64,000 nucleotides of DNA from Flavobacteriales bacterium (lineage in GTDB: Bacteria; Bacteroidota; Bacteroidia; Flavobacteriales; TMED113): contig PBCX01000005.1 of assembly GCA_002718035.1 (NCBI GenBank), positions 30,359 through 94,358 on the forward strand. The letters are read 5' to 3'. Of the stretch, positions 10,406 to 20,663 are shown piece by piece. The position numbers were made by a program, and so were the translations under genes. The notes under the pieces are model-generated. The model was given only the letters and a program-made list of their open reading frames with translations, was not told the origin of the DNA and did no database searches. Every line of letters starts with the position of its first letter. The stretch's first letter is position 1.

Positions 10406-11184
10406 ACAATTTAATTGACTATATTTTTTTAGCAATAATACAAGGTGTAACAGAATTTTTACCTGTTAGTAGTAGTGGTCATATTGAGTTTTTAAAAAAT
10501 GTTTTTGATAATTCAAGTATTCAAGAACATGGTGCGTTTCTTACTGTAATTTTACATTTAGCTACTGCTATGAGTATAATTTTCATCTTTAGAGAAAAAA
10601 TAAAAAGTTTACTATCATTTAAAAATGAGGACTCAAAAAATTACATTATAAACATCTTAGTTTCTTTAATTCCAATTGCTATACTTGTTATTTTTAATGT
10701 TGATCAACTTATTGAAAAAAAATACGATAATGGGTGGAGTTTGAATTTAGTTTCACTAATGTTTTTTATAACTGGGTTTATTCTTTTCATAACAGAAAAA
10801 ATAAACATTAAAACAAAAAAAATTACTTTATTTACAGCTTTATTGGTTGGAATTGCTCAGTCTATTGCAATTCTTCCTGGAATTTCGAGATCCGGAGCAA
10901 CTATTTGTTGTGCATTACTTTTAGGAGCTTCAAAAAAAGAAGCATCTGCCTTTTCCTTTTTAATTTGTTTACCTGTTATCTTAGGAAAATCTGCTATGGA
11001 TATTTTAAGTTTAGATTTAATAAATTTTGATCTCAATATTTTAGTTTCATTTTTAGTTACTTTTTTTGTTGGATGCCTATGTTGCAATTGGATGATAAAG
11101 ATTGTAGATAATAGTAAGTTAAAATATTTTGGGTATTATTGCTTAATTATATCTTTATTGGCTTTTAGCTTCGAAAATTTCTAA
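10402..11184 (+). CDS. uppP: undecaprenyl-diphosphate phosphatase
   Basis: GVTEFLPVSSSGH and PGISRSGATI motifs. ATGA overlap with the upstream gene. Confidence 0.9.
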   Translation: MNNLIDYIFLAIIQGVTEFLPVSSSGHIEFLKNVFDNSSIQEHGAFLTVILHLATAMSIIFIFREKIKSLLSFKNEDSKNYIINILVSLIPIAILVIFNVDQLIEKKYDNGWSLNLVSLMFFITGFILFITEKINIKTKKITLFTALLVGIAQSIAILPGISRSGATICCALLLGASKKEASAFSFLICLPVILGKSAMDILSLDLINFDLNILVSFLVTFFVGCLCCNWMIKIVDNSKLKYFGYYCLIISLLAFSFENF

Positions 11185-11858
11185 TGAATAATAATATTTT
11201 TTTAATTAATAAACCTTTAAAGTGGACATCATTTGATGTTGTTAAAAAAATAAGATTTTTATTAAAAAAAAGACTTTCTCTTAGTAAATTAAAAGTTGGT
11301 CATGCTGGCACACTGGATCCTTTAGCGACAGGTCTTTTGATTCTATGCACAGGTAAAATGACAAAAAAAATACCATTAATTCAACAACTAAATAAAACTT
11401 ATTTAGCTACAATAAAATTAGGTTATTATACTGAAAGTTTTGATAGAGAAAAAGATGAAATAAAAGTAAAGAATTTTAAGTTTTTAACTTTTAATGATAT
11501 ATATAAATTAGAAAAAGTTTTTGTTGGCAATTTAGAGCAAGTTCCGCCAAAGTTTTCTGCTGTTAAAATTAATGGAAAACGGGCATATAAAAAAGCTAGA
11601 AACAATGAAGAATTCGTAATTTCACCCAGGCCAGTTTTTTTAAATTCATTTGAAATAGTAAGTATTAACTTTCCTTTTATTACTATCAAAGTGGTATGCA
11701 GTAAAGGAACTTATATAAGATCATTAGCTAATGATATAGGAAAATACTTAAACTGTGGCGCATATCTTTTCGATCTTAAAAGAACTGCTATTGGAAAATA
11801 TAAATTAGATACTGCATTACAAATGAAATTTTTTGAAACGATGCTAGATAAAAAATAA
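11184..11858 (+). CDS. truB: tRNA pseudouridine(55) synthase
   Basis: [16 protein letters not shown] catalytic Asp motif. TAATG overlap with uppP. Confidence 0.9.
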   Translation: MNNNIFLINKPLKWTSFDVVKKIRFLLKKRLSLSKLKVGHAGTLDPLATGLLILCTGKMTKKIPLIQQLNKTYLATIKLGYYTESFDREKDEIKVKNFKFLTFNDIYKLEKVFVGNLEQVPPKFSAVKINGKRAYKKARNNEEFVISPRPVFLNSFEIVSINFPFITIKVVCSKGTYIRSLANDIGKYLNCGAYLFDLKRTAIGKYKLDTALQMKFFETMLDKK

Positions 11859-11877
11859 AGAAAGTAATCTACTTATA

Positions 11878-11893
11878 TAATTTTGTATATTTG
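11878..11893 (+). promoter_or_regulatory. two adjacent -7 box matches (TAATTTTG, TATATTTG) upstream of queA
   Basis: Both fit TAnnTTTG (11878-11885 and 11886-11893); the second ends 19 nt before ATG 11912. Confidence 0.25.
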
Positions 11894-11911
11894 CGAACCT
11901 ATAAAAAAAAA

Positions 11912-12967
11912 ATGAAGTATAAATTATCAAATTTTAATTACGATCTACCTGAAAAACTAGTTGCAAGTAAACCTTGTCCTGAGAGAGATCAGTCTAGAAT
12001 GATGGTTGTAGATAGAAAAACAGGAACTATAGAACATAAAATGTTTAAAGATATTTTAACATATTTTGATGACAATGATATGTTTGTTGTTAATAACACT
12101 AAAGTTTTTCCTGCTAGAATGTATGGTAATAAAGAAAAGACCGGTGCAAGAATAGAAGTTTTTTTACTTCGTGAGTTGAATAGTGAAATCCGTTTGTGGG
12201 ATGTTTTAGTAGATCCAGCAAGAAAAATTAGAATAGGAAATAAGTTATATTTTGGAGATGATTTTTCATTAGTTGCAGAGGTGGTGGATAATACTACTTC
12301 AAGAGGGCGAACATTAAGATTCTTGTTTGATGGGAATTATGAGGAGTTTAGAAATAAATTAAAAGTGTTAGGTGAAACACCGATACCAAAGTATTTAAAT
12401 AGAAGTCCTGATAAAAATGATCGTGATAGGTATCAAACAGTTTATGCAAAAGTTGAGGGTGCTGTTGCTGCTCCTACTGCAGGTCTTCACTTTAGTCGAA
12501 ATTTATTAAAGAGAGCTGAAATTAAGGGTATTAAATTGAGTGAGATTACTTTACACGTTGGTTTAGGTACTTTTAAACCTGTTGAAGTGGAAGATTTATC
12601 TAAACATAAAATGGATTCAGAACGACTTTTTATTTCAGAAAAAACTTCAATTGATGTAAATAATACTTTATCAGAGAGAAGAAAAATATGTGCAGTTGGA
12701 ACAACATGTATTAGAGCTTTAGAAACATCCGTTTCCACAGATGATAAATTAAAACCTTACGATGGTTGGACCAACAAATTTATTTTTCCAAATTATGATT
12801 TTAGAATTGCTAATTCAATGGTTACAAATTTTCATGCACCAAAATCAACATTAATGATGCTAGTTTCTGCATTTTCAGGTCATGACTTATTAATGAGTGC
12901 CTACCGAGAAGCGGTAAAAGAAAAATATAAGTTTTTAAGTTACGGTGATTGTATGTTGATACTATAA
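11912..12967 (+). CDS. queA: S-adenosylmethionine:tRNA ribosyltransferase-isomerase
   Basis: [18 protein letters not shown]...[12 protein letters not shown] prefer ATG 11912 over the TTG at 11891 used by the ORF track, because QueA normally starts just before YDLPxxLIA. Confidence 0.9.
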   Translation: MKYKLSNFNYDLPEKLVASKPCPERDQSRMMVVDRKTGTIEHKMFKDILTYFDDNDMFVVNNTKVFPARMYGNKEKTGARIEVFLLRELNSEIRLWDVLVDPARKIRIGNKLYFGDDFSLVAEVVDNTTSRGRTLRFLFDGNYEEFRNKLKVLGETPIPKYLNRSPDKNDRDRYQTVYAKVEGAVAAPTAGLHFSRNLLKRAEIKGIKLSEITLHVGLGTFKPVEVEDLSKHKMDSERLFISEKTSIDVNNTLSERRKICAVGTTCIRALETSVSTDDKLKPYDGWTNKFIFPNYDFRIANSMVTNFHAPKSTLMMLVSAFSGHDLLMSAYREAVKEKYKFLSYGDCMLIL

Positions 12968-12982
12968 TTATTAAAATAAATA

Positions 12983-13660
12983 ATGTCGAAAAAGCATTTT
13001 GTAATTATTTTAGCAGCAGGTCAAGGAACCAGAATGGGCTCAGATGTGTACAAACAATTTTTAGTCTTAGGAAAAACCCCTGTTTTAATGCATAGCATTT
13101 CAAAATTCTACCAATTTGATAAAAAGTCCGTATTATCAGTAATTTTACCGAAAAACAAAATTACTTTTTGGAAATCTTTATGCCAATCACACAATTTTAA
13201 AATTGATCATAATGTTTTTAGCGGAGGAGTTTCAAGATATGAATCAGTGAAAAGAGCTTTAAATAATTTACCTATATGTGATAATGATATTGTGTCTATT
13301 CACGATGGTGTTCGTCCCTTTATTAGTATTAAATTAATAAAAAAATTATTCTTTTCTGCACTTAAAAAAAACCATGCAGCACCATATATAATCTCCAAAG
13401 ATTCAATAAGAATTAATTTAGAAAATAATAAAACAATGTCTGTAAATAGAAATAATTATCTTTTTACTCAAACGCCTCAAGTTTTCATAGGTAAATTAAT
13501 TAAAAAGGCTTATGAACAACAATCTGAAACTAAAACAGATGATATTTCATTAATTGAAAATATTGTTAAAAAGGTTAACTTAATAAAAGGTGAAGACATA
13601 AATTTTAAAATCACAACAAAGGAAGATTGGTATTTAGCAAGAAAAATTATTAAGTCCTAA
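12983..13660 (+). CDS. ispD: 2-C-methyl-D-erythritol 4-phosphate cytidylyltransferase
   Basis: ILAAGQGTRMG N-terminal motif and IHDGVRPF. Confidence 0.85.
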   Translation: MSKKHFVIILAAGQGTRMGSDVYKQFLVLGKTPVLMHSISKFYQFDKKSVLSVILPKNKITFWKSLCQSHNFKIDHNVFSGGVSRYESVKRALNNLPICDNDIVSIHDGVRPFISIKLIKKLFFSALKKNHAAPYIISKDSIRINLENNKTMSVNRNNYLFTQTPQVFIGKLIKKAYEQQSETKTDDISLIENIVKKVNLIKGEDINFKITTKEDWYLARKIIKS

Positions 13661-13678
13661 ATTTTTTAGTATTAAGAT

Positions 13679-14710
13679 ATGAAACAAAACATTAGGAGTT
13701 TAAAATTTTCTGATTTTGAAAAAATAATAGAAAAAATTGAAGAGCCAAGATATAGAGCCAGGCAAATATATAGATGGTTGTGGAAGAAAAATGTTCGTTC
13801 TTTTCACGAAATGAAAAATATTTCTAAAAGATGTAGAGAGTATTTGATAAATAATTTTACTATTACACATGCTAAAATAAGCACTCAAATAAAAAGCAAG
13901 GATGGGACTATCAAATTTTTATTTTGCCTTGATGATGGAAGTAAATGTGAAGGAGTTTTAATTCCTGAAAAAAATCGAGTAACTGCATGTATATCCTCTC
14001 AGGTAGGTTGTAGTTTTGCATGTAAATTCTGTGCAACGGGAAGTATGAAAAGAAAAAGAAATATTATGTCATACGAAATATTTGATCAGGTTTCTTTAAT
14101 GATGGATAAATCTTTTAAAGAATATAATATGGGTATCACCAATATTGTATATATGGGAATGGGTGAGCCTTTGGTTAATTATCAAAACGTCGTAGATTCT
14201 ATAAATTATTTAACTAGTAAGGAAGCTTTAAATATGTCTTCAAAAAGAATAACGGTATCAACTGTAGGAGTATCTAAAATGATAAAAAAATTAGCAGATG
14301 AAAAATTAAAAGTTAATTTAGCTGTCTCACTCCACTCAGCTAATAATTTAAAAAGATCTGAAATTATGGATATTAATAACTCTAATGACTTGGGCAAATT
14401 AAAAGATTCATTAATATATTTTTACAATAAAACTAAAATTAAAATTACTTATGAATATGTTTTATTAAATGATTTTAACGACAACATTAAAGATGCACAG
14501 GAATTAATTCAATTTTCTAAAATTGTGCCCTCTAAAATCAATTTGATTGAATTCAATAATGTTGAAAATTCTAAGTTTAAGAAATCAACAAACAAAAAAA
14601 CAATTGAGTTTATATCAATCCTAAAAAAAGAAAATATAGTTGTTAATTTAAGACGAAGCAGGGGAGAAGATGTAGATGCTGCTTGTGGTCAATTAGCTAA
14701 TAAAATTTAG
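13679..14710 (+). CDS. rlmN: 23S rRNA/tRNA adenine C2 methyltransferase (radical SAM)
   Basis: YRARQIYRWLW, CSFACKFCATG (CxxxCxxC), MGMGEPL, C-terminal AACGQL. Confidence 0.9.
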   Translation: MKQNIRSLKFSDFEKIIEKIEEPRYRARQIYRWLWKKNVRSFHEMKNISKRCREYLINNFTITHAKISTQIKSKDGTIKFLFCLDDGSKCEGVLIPEKNRVTACISSQVGCSFACKFCATGSMKRKRNIMSYEIFDQVSLMMDKSFKEYNMGITNIVYMGMGEPLVNYQNVVDSINYLTSKEALNMSSKRITVSTVGVSKMIKKLADEKLKVNLAVSLHSANNLKRSEIMDINNSNDLGKLKDSLIYFYNKTKIKITYEYVLLNDFNDNIKDAQELIQFSKIVPSKINLIEFNNVENSKFKKSTNKKTIEFISILKKENIVVNLRRSRGEDVDAACGQLANKI

Positions 14711-14712
14711 TT

Positions 14713-15684
14713 ATGTTAAATCTAATTATAAAACCTATTGCAAAAGAATTAAAAGTTTTTGATTCAAAATATAAAGATTCCCTTTCATCAGATGTAAAAT
14801 TATTAATGTTAATTTCAGATTACATTTTAAAAAATCCTGGTAAAAAAATTAGACCAATATTATTATTGTTAGTTTCAAAAATGATTGGTGAAATTAATAA
14901 TAAAACATATTCTTCATGTATTTTAATTGAACTGTTACATACAGCTACTTTGATTCATGATGATGTAGTCGATGATGCTCATTTTAGAAGAGGAAAATTC
15001 TCAGTAAGTAGTTTATGGAAAAATAAAATAGCAGTTTTAGTTGGTGATTACTTGTTATCTAGGGGATTGTCATTAGGATTACAAGATAATGACATAAATA
15101 TTTTAAAATATACATCAAAAGCTGTTGAAAACATAAGTGAAGGCGAAATATACCAAATGCAAAAATCAAGAGATTTAGATCTTAATGAAGGCGAATATTT
15201 TGAAATAATTAAAAGTAAAACAGGCTCATTATTTGGTTGTTGCTTTCAATTAGCGGCTGTTTCTAATAATTTGACTGAAAAAAGTGAACTTCAAAAGCTT
15301 TATGGTATTGGTGAAAAAATAGGCATCATATTTCAAATAAAAGATGATATTCTAGATTATAATGAAAGTAATTTTACTGGAAAATTAATGGGTAATGATT
15401 TAAAAGAAAGTAAAATTAATTTACCACTTTTACATACATTAAAAAAAGTTTCATTATTTGAAAATCAACAAATATTAAAAATACTTAATAAGAAAAAAGT
15501 GTCAGATGATGAAATATTATTTATTCGTAAACTTGTATACAAAAATGATGGTATAGAATTTTCAAAAAATAAAATTGATATTTTGGTAGATGAATTAATT
15601 AACGATTTAGAAATATTTTCAGATTCTAAGTATAAAAAATCTTTGATTGATTTAATTAATTATATCAAAATAAGAAATAAATAG
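14713..15684 (+). CDS. polyprenyl diphosphate synthase (long-chain, quinone side-chain type)
   Basis: Two DDxxD motifs (LIHDDVVDD and FQIKDDILD). Confidence 0.85.
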   Translation: MLNLIIKPIAKELKVFDSKYKDSLSSDVKLLMLISDYILKNPGKKIRPILLLLVSKMIGEINNKTYSSCILIELLHTATLIHDDVVDDAHFRRGKFSVSSLWKNKIAVLVGDYLLSRGLSLGLQDNDINILKYTSKAVENISEGEIYQMQKSRDLDLNEGEYFEIIKSKTGSLFGCCFQLAAVSNNLTEKSELQKLYGIGEKIGIIFQIKDDILDYNESNFTGKLMGNDLKESKINLPLLHTLKKVSLFENQQILKILNKKKVSDDEILFIRKLVYKNDGIEFSKNKIDILVDELINDLEIFSDSKYKKSLIDLINYIKIRNK

Positions 15685-15689
15685 TATAA

Positions 15690-17540
15690 ATGATTTCGAA
15701 AAAAACAATTGAAGAAGTATTTAATGTCGCTGTTATTGAAGATGTAATAGGAGATTTTATTGGATTGAAAAAGGCAGGAGCGAATTTCAAGGGATTAAGT
15801 CCATTTTCTGATGAAAAAACCCCCTCTTTTATAGTTTCTCCTTCTAAGAGAATTTGGAAAGATTTTAGTTCGGGGAAAGGTGGAAACGTTGTATCATTTT
15901 TAATGGAACATGATGGTTGTACTTATCCAGAAGCTATTAGATATTTAGCTAAAAAGTATAATATTGAAATTATTGAAACTCAGGATAAAACATTTAATCA
16001 AAAGGATGAAGATGACAAGGAATCAATATCGATATTATTAGATTTTGTCCAAAAACAATCAAAAGAATATTTGATAAATAATAAAAATATTTTAAAATAT
16101 TTATTAGATAGAAAACTAGATAAAGGAATAATTGAAAAGTTCAACTTAGGATATTTACCTAAAGGAAGTAAAGAATTTTATGATAAATTAATTAAAAAAG
16201 GATTTAAAAAAGAAATACTAATTAAGTCAGGTCTTTTTTTAGAAGGAGATAATATTTACAGTAGATTCAACGAAAGAATTTTATTTCCTATTTGCTCAAT
16301 AAGCAATAGAATAATTGGCTTTGGAGGAAGAATCTTAAATAAAGATAAAAAAACAGCTAAGTATATAAATTCTCCTGAGAGCTTATTGTATCAAAAAAGT
16401 AAAGTATTATATGGTTTAAATTTTGCGAAAACCGAGATAATTAAAAATGACAACTGTTATTTAGTTGAAGGTTACCTAGATGTTATTTCATTACATCAAA
16501 AAAAAATCACAAATGTTGTAGCTTCATCAGGTACTGCAACAACTATTGATCAAATTCGTCTAATTAAAAGGTTTTCAAATTCAATTACTATTTTATTTGA
16601 CTCGGATCAAGCTGGGATTAATGCAGCTTTACGTGTTATTGATGTCGCCTTATCATTAAATATGTATGTTAATATTATAAAATTACCAGATGGACATGAC
16701 CCTGATTCTTTTTCAAAAGAAATGGATTATACTACTTTAAAAAAATATCTTAATGAGAATAAGCAAGATTTTTTATCTTTTATATCAAATATAGATTCTG
16801 AAAATTTAGAGATTCCAGAAAAAAAAATTAAGCTAGTAAAAAAATTATTACACAGTATATCATTAGTTAATGATGTAACTAATCAAGCTATATATATTGA
16901 AAAAGCATCTAAAATTTTAAATCTTGATTCAAGAATATTATTTCAAGATTTGATTAATAGAAATAAAAAGCATCAAGAAAAAGAAGAAAAAAAAATAATT
17001 AAAGAACAAGAAATTAATCCTCCTTCAAAAGAGGAGCAATTTTTATTTAAGCTTTTATTGAATCATGGAGAAAAATATATTCAAATCAATGTTAATCAAA
17101 AAGTTCATGTTGCAAAAATGATAATACAAGAGTTACAATTAGATGGAATAACAATTGAACATCCAATTTTTATTAAAATATTAGGTGAATATCAAGATGC
17201 ATTAAAAAAAGGGAAAATAATAGAAAAAGATTTTTTTATTAATCATAGAAATATAGAAATCGTAAAAATTACAGCTTATTTAATTAGCGAGAAGTATAAA
17301 ATTGATAATTGGGAGAAAAAAAATATTAAAGTGCAAAAAGAAGAAGATATTTTATTTTCCTTAGTTAAGGAAGCACTTATAAGATTTAAGCTTAAAAGAA
17401 TTTCTGATATAACTAAAGAAATACTAGATAGAATACCATCTATAATTAATAATGAAGAAAAAAAGATGGAATTAAATCGGTTTTCTAAACTTATGAATTT
17501 ATCCAGAAGCTTACATAAACAGGTTGGAAGGGAGTGTTAA
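15690..17540 (+). CDS. dnaG: DNA primase
   Basis: N-terminal zinc-ribbon-like segment GLSPFSDEKTPSF...KDFSSGKGGN (ligands substituted, see findings). TOPRIM motifs YLVEGYLDV and FDSDQAG. Confidence 0.9.
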   Translation: MISKKTIEEVFNVAVIEDVIGDFIGLKKAGANFKGLSPFSDEKTPSFIVSPSKRIWKDFSSGKGGNVVSFLMEHDGCTYPEAIRYLAKKYNIEIIETQDKTFNQKDEDDKESISILLDFVQKQSKEYLINNKNILKYLLDRKLDKGIIEKFNLGYLPKGSKEFYDKLIKKGFKKEILIKSGLFLEGDNIYSRFNERILFPICSISNRIIGFGGRILNKDKKTAKYINSPESLLYQKSKVLYGLNFAKTEIIKNDNCYLVEGYLDVISLHQKKITNVVASSGTATTIDQIRLIKRFSNSITILFDSDQAGINAALRVIDVALSLNMYVNIIKLPDGHDPDSFSKEMDYTTLKKYLNENKQDFLSFISNIDSENLEIPEKKIKLVKKLLHSISLVNDVTNQAIYIEKASKILNLDSRILFQDLINRNKKHQEKEEKKIIKEQEINPPSKEEQFLFKLLLNHGEKYIQINVNQKVHVAKMIIQELQLDGITIEHPIFIKILGEYQDALKKGKIIEKDFFINHRNIEIVKITAYLISEKYKIDNWEKKNIKVQKEEDILFSLVKEALIRFKLKRISDITKEILDRIPSIINNEEKKMELNRFSKLMNLSRSLHKQVGREC

Positions 17541-18301
17541 AGCTTATTGAGTTTAATGGTTTTAATCAGTTCTTTAAGTTCTTTACTGTTTATTTGTTGG
17601 TTTGCATCACTCAATGCTTTTTTTGGATAGTTATGGGTTTCAATCATCAAGCCATTTAAGTTCATAGAAATAGCTTTTTTTGAAATTTCAGCTATATATT
17701 TTTTATTTCCTGCAATATGACTAGGGTCACAGATTAAATCTAGTTCAGGAAATTTTTGTTTAGTTTCCTTTAATAATTCCCACATTGGTGCGTTTCTGTA
17801 TTTTTTTTCATTTAAACTAAAAAAACCTCTATGAATTAGTTTAATTTTCTTGAGTTTTATAGATTTAAATCTCTCGATTGCACTAAACCAAACATTAACA
17901 TCTGGGTATATTGGATTTTTTATCCATACCTCCGTATTTGTTCCCTTTAGACAATTACATAACTCTTGAACATAAAATGGATTTACTGTAGTTCTTGCCC
18001 CAATCCATAAAACTTTAATATTATTTTTAATAGCTTTTTCTACATGACTAGGGGTGCCAACTTCAATTGCGACAGGTACATTGTATTTCTGTTGAAGTTC
18101 TCTTAGCCAAATTAATCCTTTATCACCAATTCCTTGAAAGCTATCAATTTTTGTTCGAGCCTTCCAAATACCACACCTAAAGTAATTAATATCTTTATAT
18201 ATTGTTTTGAAAATATTTGTAAGTTCTTTTTTTGAAGAAATACTACAAGGGCCAGCAATTATTGTACAAAATTTTTTATTCATTTTTTCCCTGTAAAACA
18301 A
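17537..18301 (-). CDS. 3-deoxy-7-phosphoheptulonate (DAHP) synthase, class I-beta, catalytic core only
   Basis: IIAGPCS, KARTKIDSFQGIG, IGARTTVNPF, DPSHIAGN and ETHNYPKKALSDANQQ align with the DAHPS/KDO8PS I-beta family. No chorismate mutase or ferredoxin-like extension. A KDO8P synthase assignment cannot be fully excluded. Confidence 0.65.
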   Translation of the reverse strand: MFYREKMNKKFCTIIAGPCSISSKKELTNIFKTIYKDINYFRCGIWKARTKIDSFQGIGDKGLIWLRELQQKYNVPVAIEVGTPSHVEKAIKNNIKVLWIGARTTVNPFYVQELCNCLKGTNTEVWIKNPIYPDVNVWFSAIERFKSIKLKKIKLIHRGFFSLNEKKYRNAPMWELLKETKQKFPELDLICDPSHIAGNKKYIAEISKKAISMNLNGLMIETHNYPKKALSDANQQINSKELKELIKTIKLNKL

Positions 18302-18941
18302 TTATGTATTCCCCTTTTATATTAGCTAATTTTAATTTATTTATAACTTCTTTTACACTTCCTCTATAGTATGTTTCATGAAGCTTAGTAAGTTCTTTAC
18401 AAACATAAATTTTTCTGTTTGGAATTGTGTCCTCAAAAATTTTTAAAGTTTTTAAAATTCTGTGGGGAGACTCATACAAAACCACACTTCTTCTTTCATT
18501 AAATAGACTTTCTAAGCGTTTAGTTCTACCTTTTTTTTTAGGTAAAAAACCTTCAAAAATAAATCTTTCACAAGAAAAACCAGATTGAATTATTGCTGGA
18601 ACAAATGCAGTAGGTCCAGGATAACAAGATATTTCAATCCCAATTTCAATACATTTTCTAATAATTAAAAAACCGGGGTCAGAAATTCCAGGAGTCCCAG
18701 AGTCAGAGATTAAACAACTTTCATTGACAGATTCTATATTAGAAATAATGTAATCTAATTTTTTGGATTCGTTAAAAACATTATTGATTATAATTTTTGC
18801 TGAAATATCATATTTAACAAACAACTTTTTGCTCTTTTCAAAGCTCTCTACAATGATTAGATCAGCATTTTTCAATGCATTTACACATCTTATTGTAATA
18901 TCTTCTAAATTTCCTATTGGTGTTGGAATTATCTGTAGCAT
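18276..18941 (-). CDS. rsmI: 16S rRNA (cytidine1402-2'-O)-methyltransferase
   Basis: MLQIIPTPIGNLEDIT, DSGTPGISDPG and YESPHR motifs. Confidence 0.9.
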   Translation of the reverse strand: MLQIIPTPIGNLEDITIRCVNALKNADLIIVESFEKSKKLFVKYDISAKIIINNVFNESKKLDYIISNIESVNESCLISDSGTPGISDPGFLIIRKCIEIGIEISCYPGPTAFVPAIIQSGFSCERFIFEGFLPKKKGRTKRLESLFNERRSVVLYESPHRILKTLKIFEDTIPNRKIYVCKELTKLHETYYRGSVKEVINKLKLANIKGEYIIVLQGKNE

Positions 18942-19045
18942 GATAAACAGTGGAGCATATTATGTATTCAATTTAATTAATTATTTTTTTAAAATAATTA
19001 TAATAATTCTTTTCTTATTAAATTGTAATAAGAATTTTATTTAAA

Positions 19046-19576
19046 ATGCTTGGAAGAATTGAAGTTATAACAGGTTGCATGTTTTCTGGCAAGTCTACGG
19101 AACTATTAAGAAGACTTCATGATGTAGACAATAAATTTATTTTATTAAAACCTATGTTAGATATTAGATATAGCTTAGATGAGGTAATAACCCACTCGGG
19201 GGAAAAAAAATCTGCATTTGTTGTTAATAACGTTTCTGAAATATTTAATAAGGTTAATAATATTAAAATTATAGGTATCGATGAGGCACAATTTTTCTCT
19301 CATTCTATTATTGAGGATTGCCTAAAATTAAAAAAATTAGGTTGTACAGTAATTATTGCTGGGTTAAATAAGGACTATTTAAATGAAGAATTTAAATCTG
19401 TTTATGGCTTAATTGATATTGCTGATTCAACAACAAAATTGTATGCTATTTGTAATAGATGTAAAAAACCAGCCAGTAGATCCCATAGACTATCGAATGA
19501 AACATCAAAGATTTTTTTAGGACATAAAGATTCTTATGAGCCTCTTTGCAAAAAATGTTATGAAAATGTTAAATAA
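19046..19576 (+). CDS. tdk: thymidine kinase
   Basis: P-loop GCMFSGKSTEL, DEAQFF and zinc-ribbon cysteines CNRC...CKKC. Confidence 0.9.
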   Translation: MLGRIEVITGCMFSGKSTELLRRLHDVDNKFILLKPMLDIRYSLDEVITHSGEKKSAFVVNNVSEIFNKVNNIKIIGIDEAQFFSHSIIEDCLKLKKLGCTVIIAGLNKDYLNEEFKSVYGLIDIADSTTKLYAICNRCKKPASRSHRLSNETSKIFLGHKDSYEPLCKKCYENVK

Positions 19577-20663
19577 GTTTTTTTCTACCAGATTAGAATT
19601 AAATTATAAACAATTAGTTGAAAATTTAAACTATCTAAAGCATATTTTAGGTGATAAAACAGAGATTATAGCTGTTCTTAAAGCAAATGCCTATGGATTT
19701 GGTGATGTGTTGTTAGTAGAAAAAATTTTAAATCAAGGTATTAATATAATTGCTGTTGCTGATTTTGAAGAAGGTGTAAGATTAAGAAAAATTGGTATTA
19801 AAAATCCAATAATAATAATGTATACTGGAGTAAATAACTTAGAGCCAATAATTAAGAACAACTTAGAACCAACTATATATAGTTTAATAATGCTTGACAA
19901 ATTGATTAACAATGCAAAGCAAACAAATGAAATTATACCATTCCATTTAAAATTTGACACAGGAATGAATAGATACGGATTTAGTCAATTTCCAGAAATA
20001 GATGAAGTAATTGAAAGAATTAAAAGTCAAAAGAATATTCTTTTAAAGTCAGTTTTTTCCCACTTTTCATCATCAAATAATATAGTTGATACTACAACTA
20101 CAATTAATCAACTAAATAATTTTAAAAAATTAAAACAGAAAATAGATTTAAATTTTGATCACAGTATTAATTATCATATTTCAAATTCATTTGGGGTTTT
20201 AAATTTCCCAAAAGCCAACTTTGATATGGTAAGGGTAGGTTACGGAATCTATTATGGATTTAATAATAGTAAATCAAAATGTATAGCAAGTTTAAAGTCA
20301 ACTATCTCTCAAATTAAAACTATTAAAGTAGGTGATGCTGTTGGATACGACAGAAAATTTATTGCCAAAAAAAATATGAAAATTGGAATAGTTCCTATTG
20401 GATATGCTGATGGTTTAAGAAGATCCTGGGTTAACAAAGGTTTGTCTTTTTATTTTAATGGAATTGCATTGCCCGTTATTGGTGAAATTTCGATGGACAG
20501 CTGTATAATTGACTTAAAAGAAATAAATAATATCCACGCTGGAAGTGAAGTTGAATTATTTGGTTCAAATAGAGATATTTTTGATTTATGTTCATCTCTT
20601 GAAATAATTCCGTATGAGTTAACTTCATGTTTATCAAAGAGAATAAGAAGGGTTATTGTTTAA
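19536..20663 (+). CDS. alr: alanine racemase
   Basis: AVLKANAYGFG (PLP lysine), GYADGLRR, SMDSC. The start is uncertain: in-frame ATGs at 19560 and 19566 would shorten the 41-nt overlap with tdk. Confidence 0.85.
   Translation: MSLFAKNVMKMLNKFFSTRLELNYKQLVENLNYLKHILGDKTEIIAVLKANAYGFGDVLLVEKILNQGINIIAVADFEEGVRLRKIGIKNPIIIMYTGVNNLEPIIKNNLEPTIYSLIMLDKLINNAKQTNEIIPFHLKFDTGMNRYGFSQFPEIDEVIERIKSQKNILLKSVFSHFSSSNNIVDTTTTINQLNNFKKLKQKIDLNFDHSINYHISNSFGVLNFPKANFDMVRVGYGIYYGFNNSKSKCIASLKSTISQIKTIKVGDAVGYDRKFIAKKNMKIGIVPIGYADGLRRSWVNKGLSFYFNGIALPVIGEISMDSCIIDLKEINNIHAGSEVELFGSNRDIFDLCSSLEIIPYELTSCLSKRIRRVIV

Noticed and set aside
19012-19042. Hairpin TTCTTATTA-AATTG-TAATAAGAA followed by TTTTATTT, 4 nt before the tdk start
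   Set aside because: The stem has only one G-C pair, and no upstream plus-strand gene ends here. In about 30% GC DNA such AT palindromes arise by chance, so it is not convincing as a terminator or attenuator.
18763-19044. 93-aa ORF spanning the rsmI 5' end and the rsmI-tdk intergenic region
   Set aside because: Two thirds of it is antisense to rsmI. The intergenic part is poly-I/F/L/N nonsense typical of AT-rich spacer, with no motif.
19536-19576. 41-nt overlap between tdk and alr as a possible programmed overlap
   Set aside because: It is most likely an artefact of taking the longest ORF. In-frame ATGs at 19560 and 19566 give normal alanine racemase N-termini with only about a 10-17 nt overlap.
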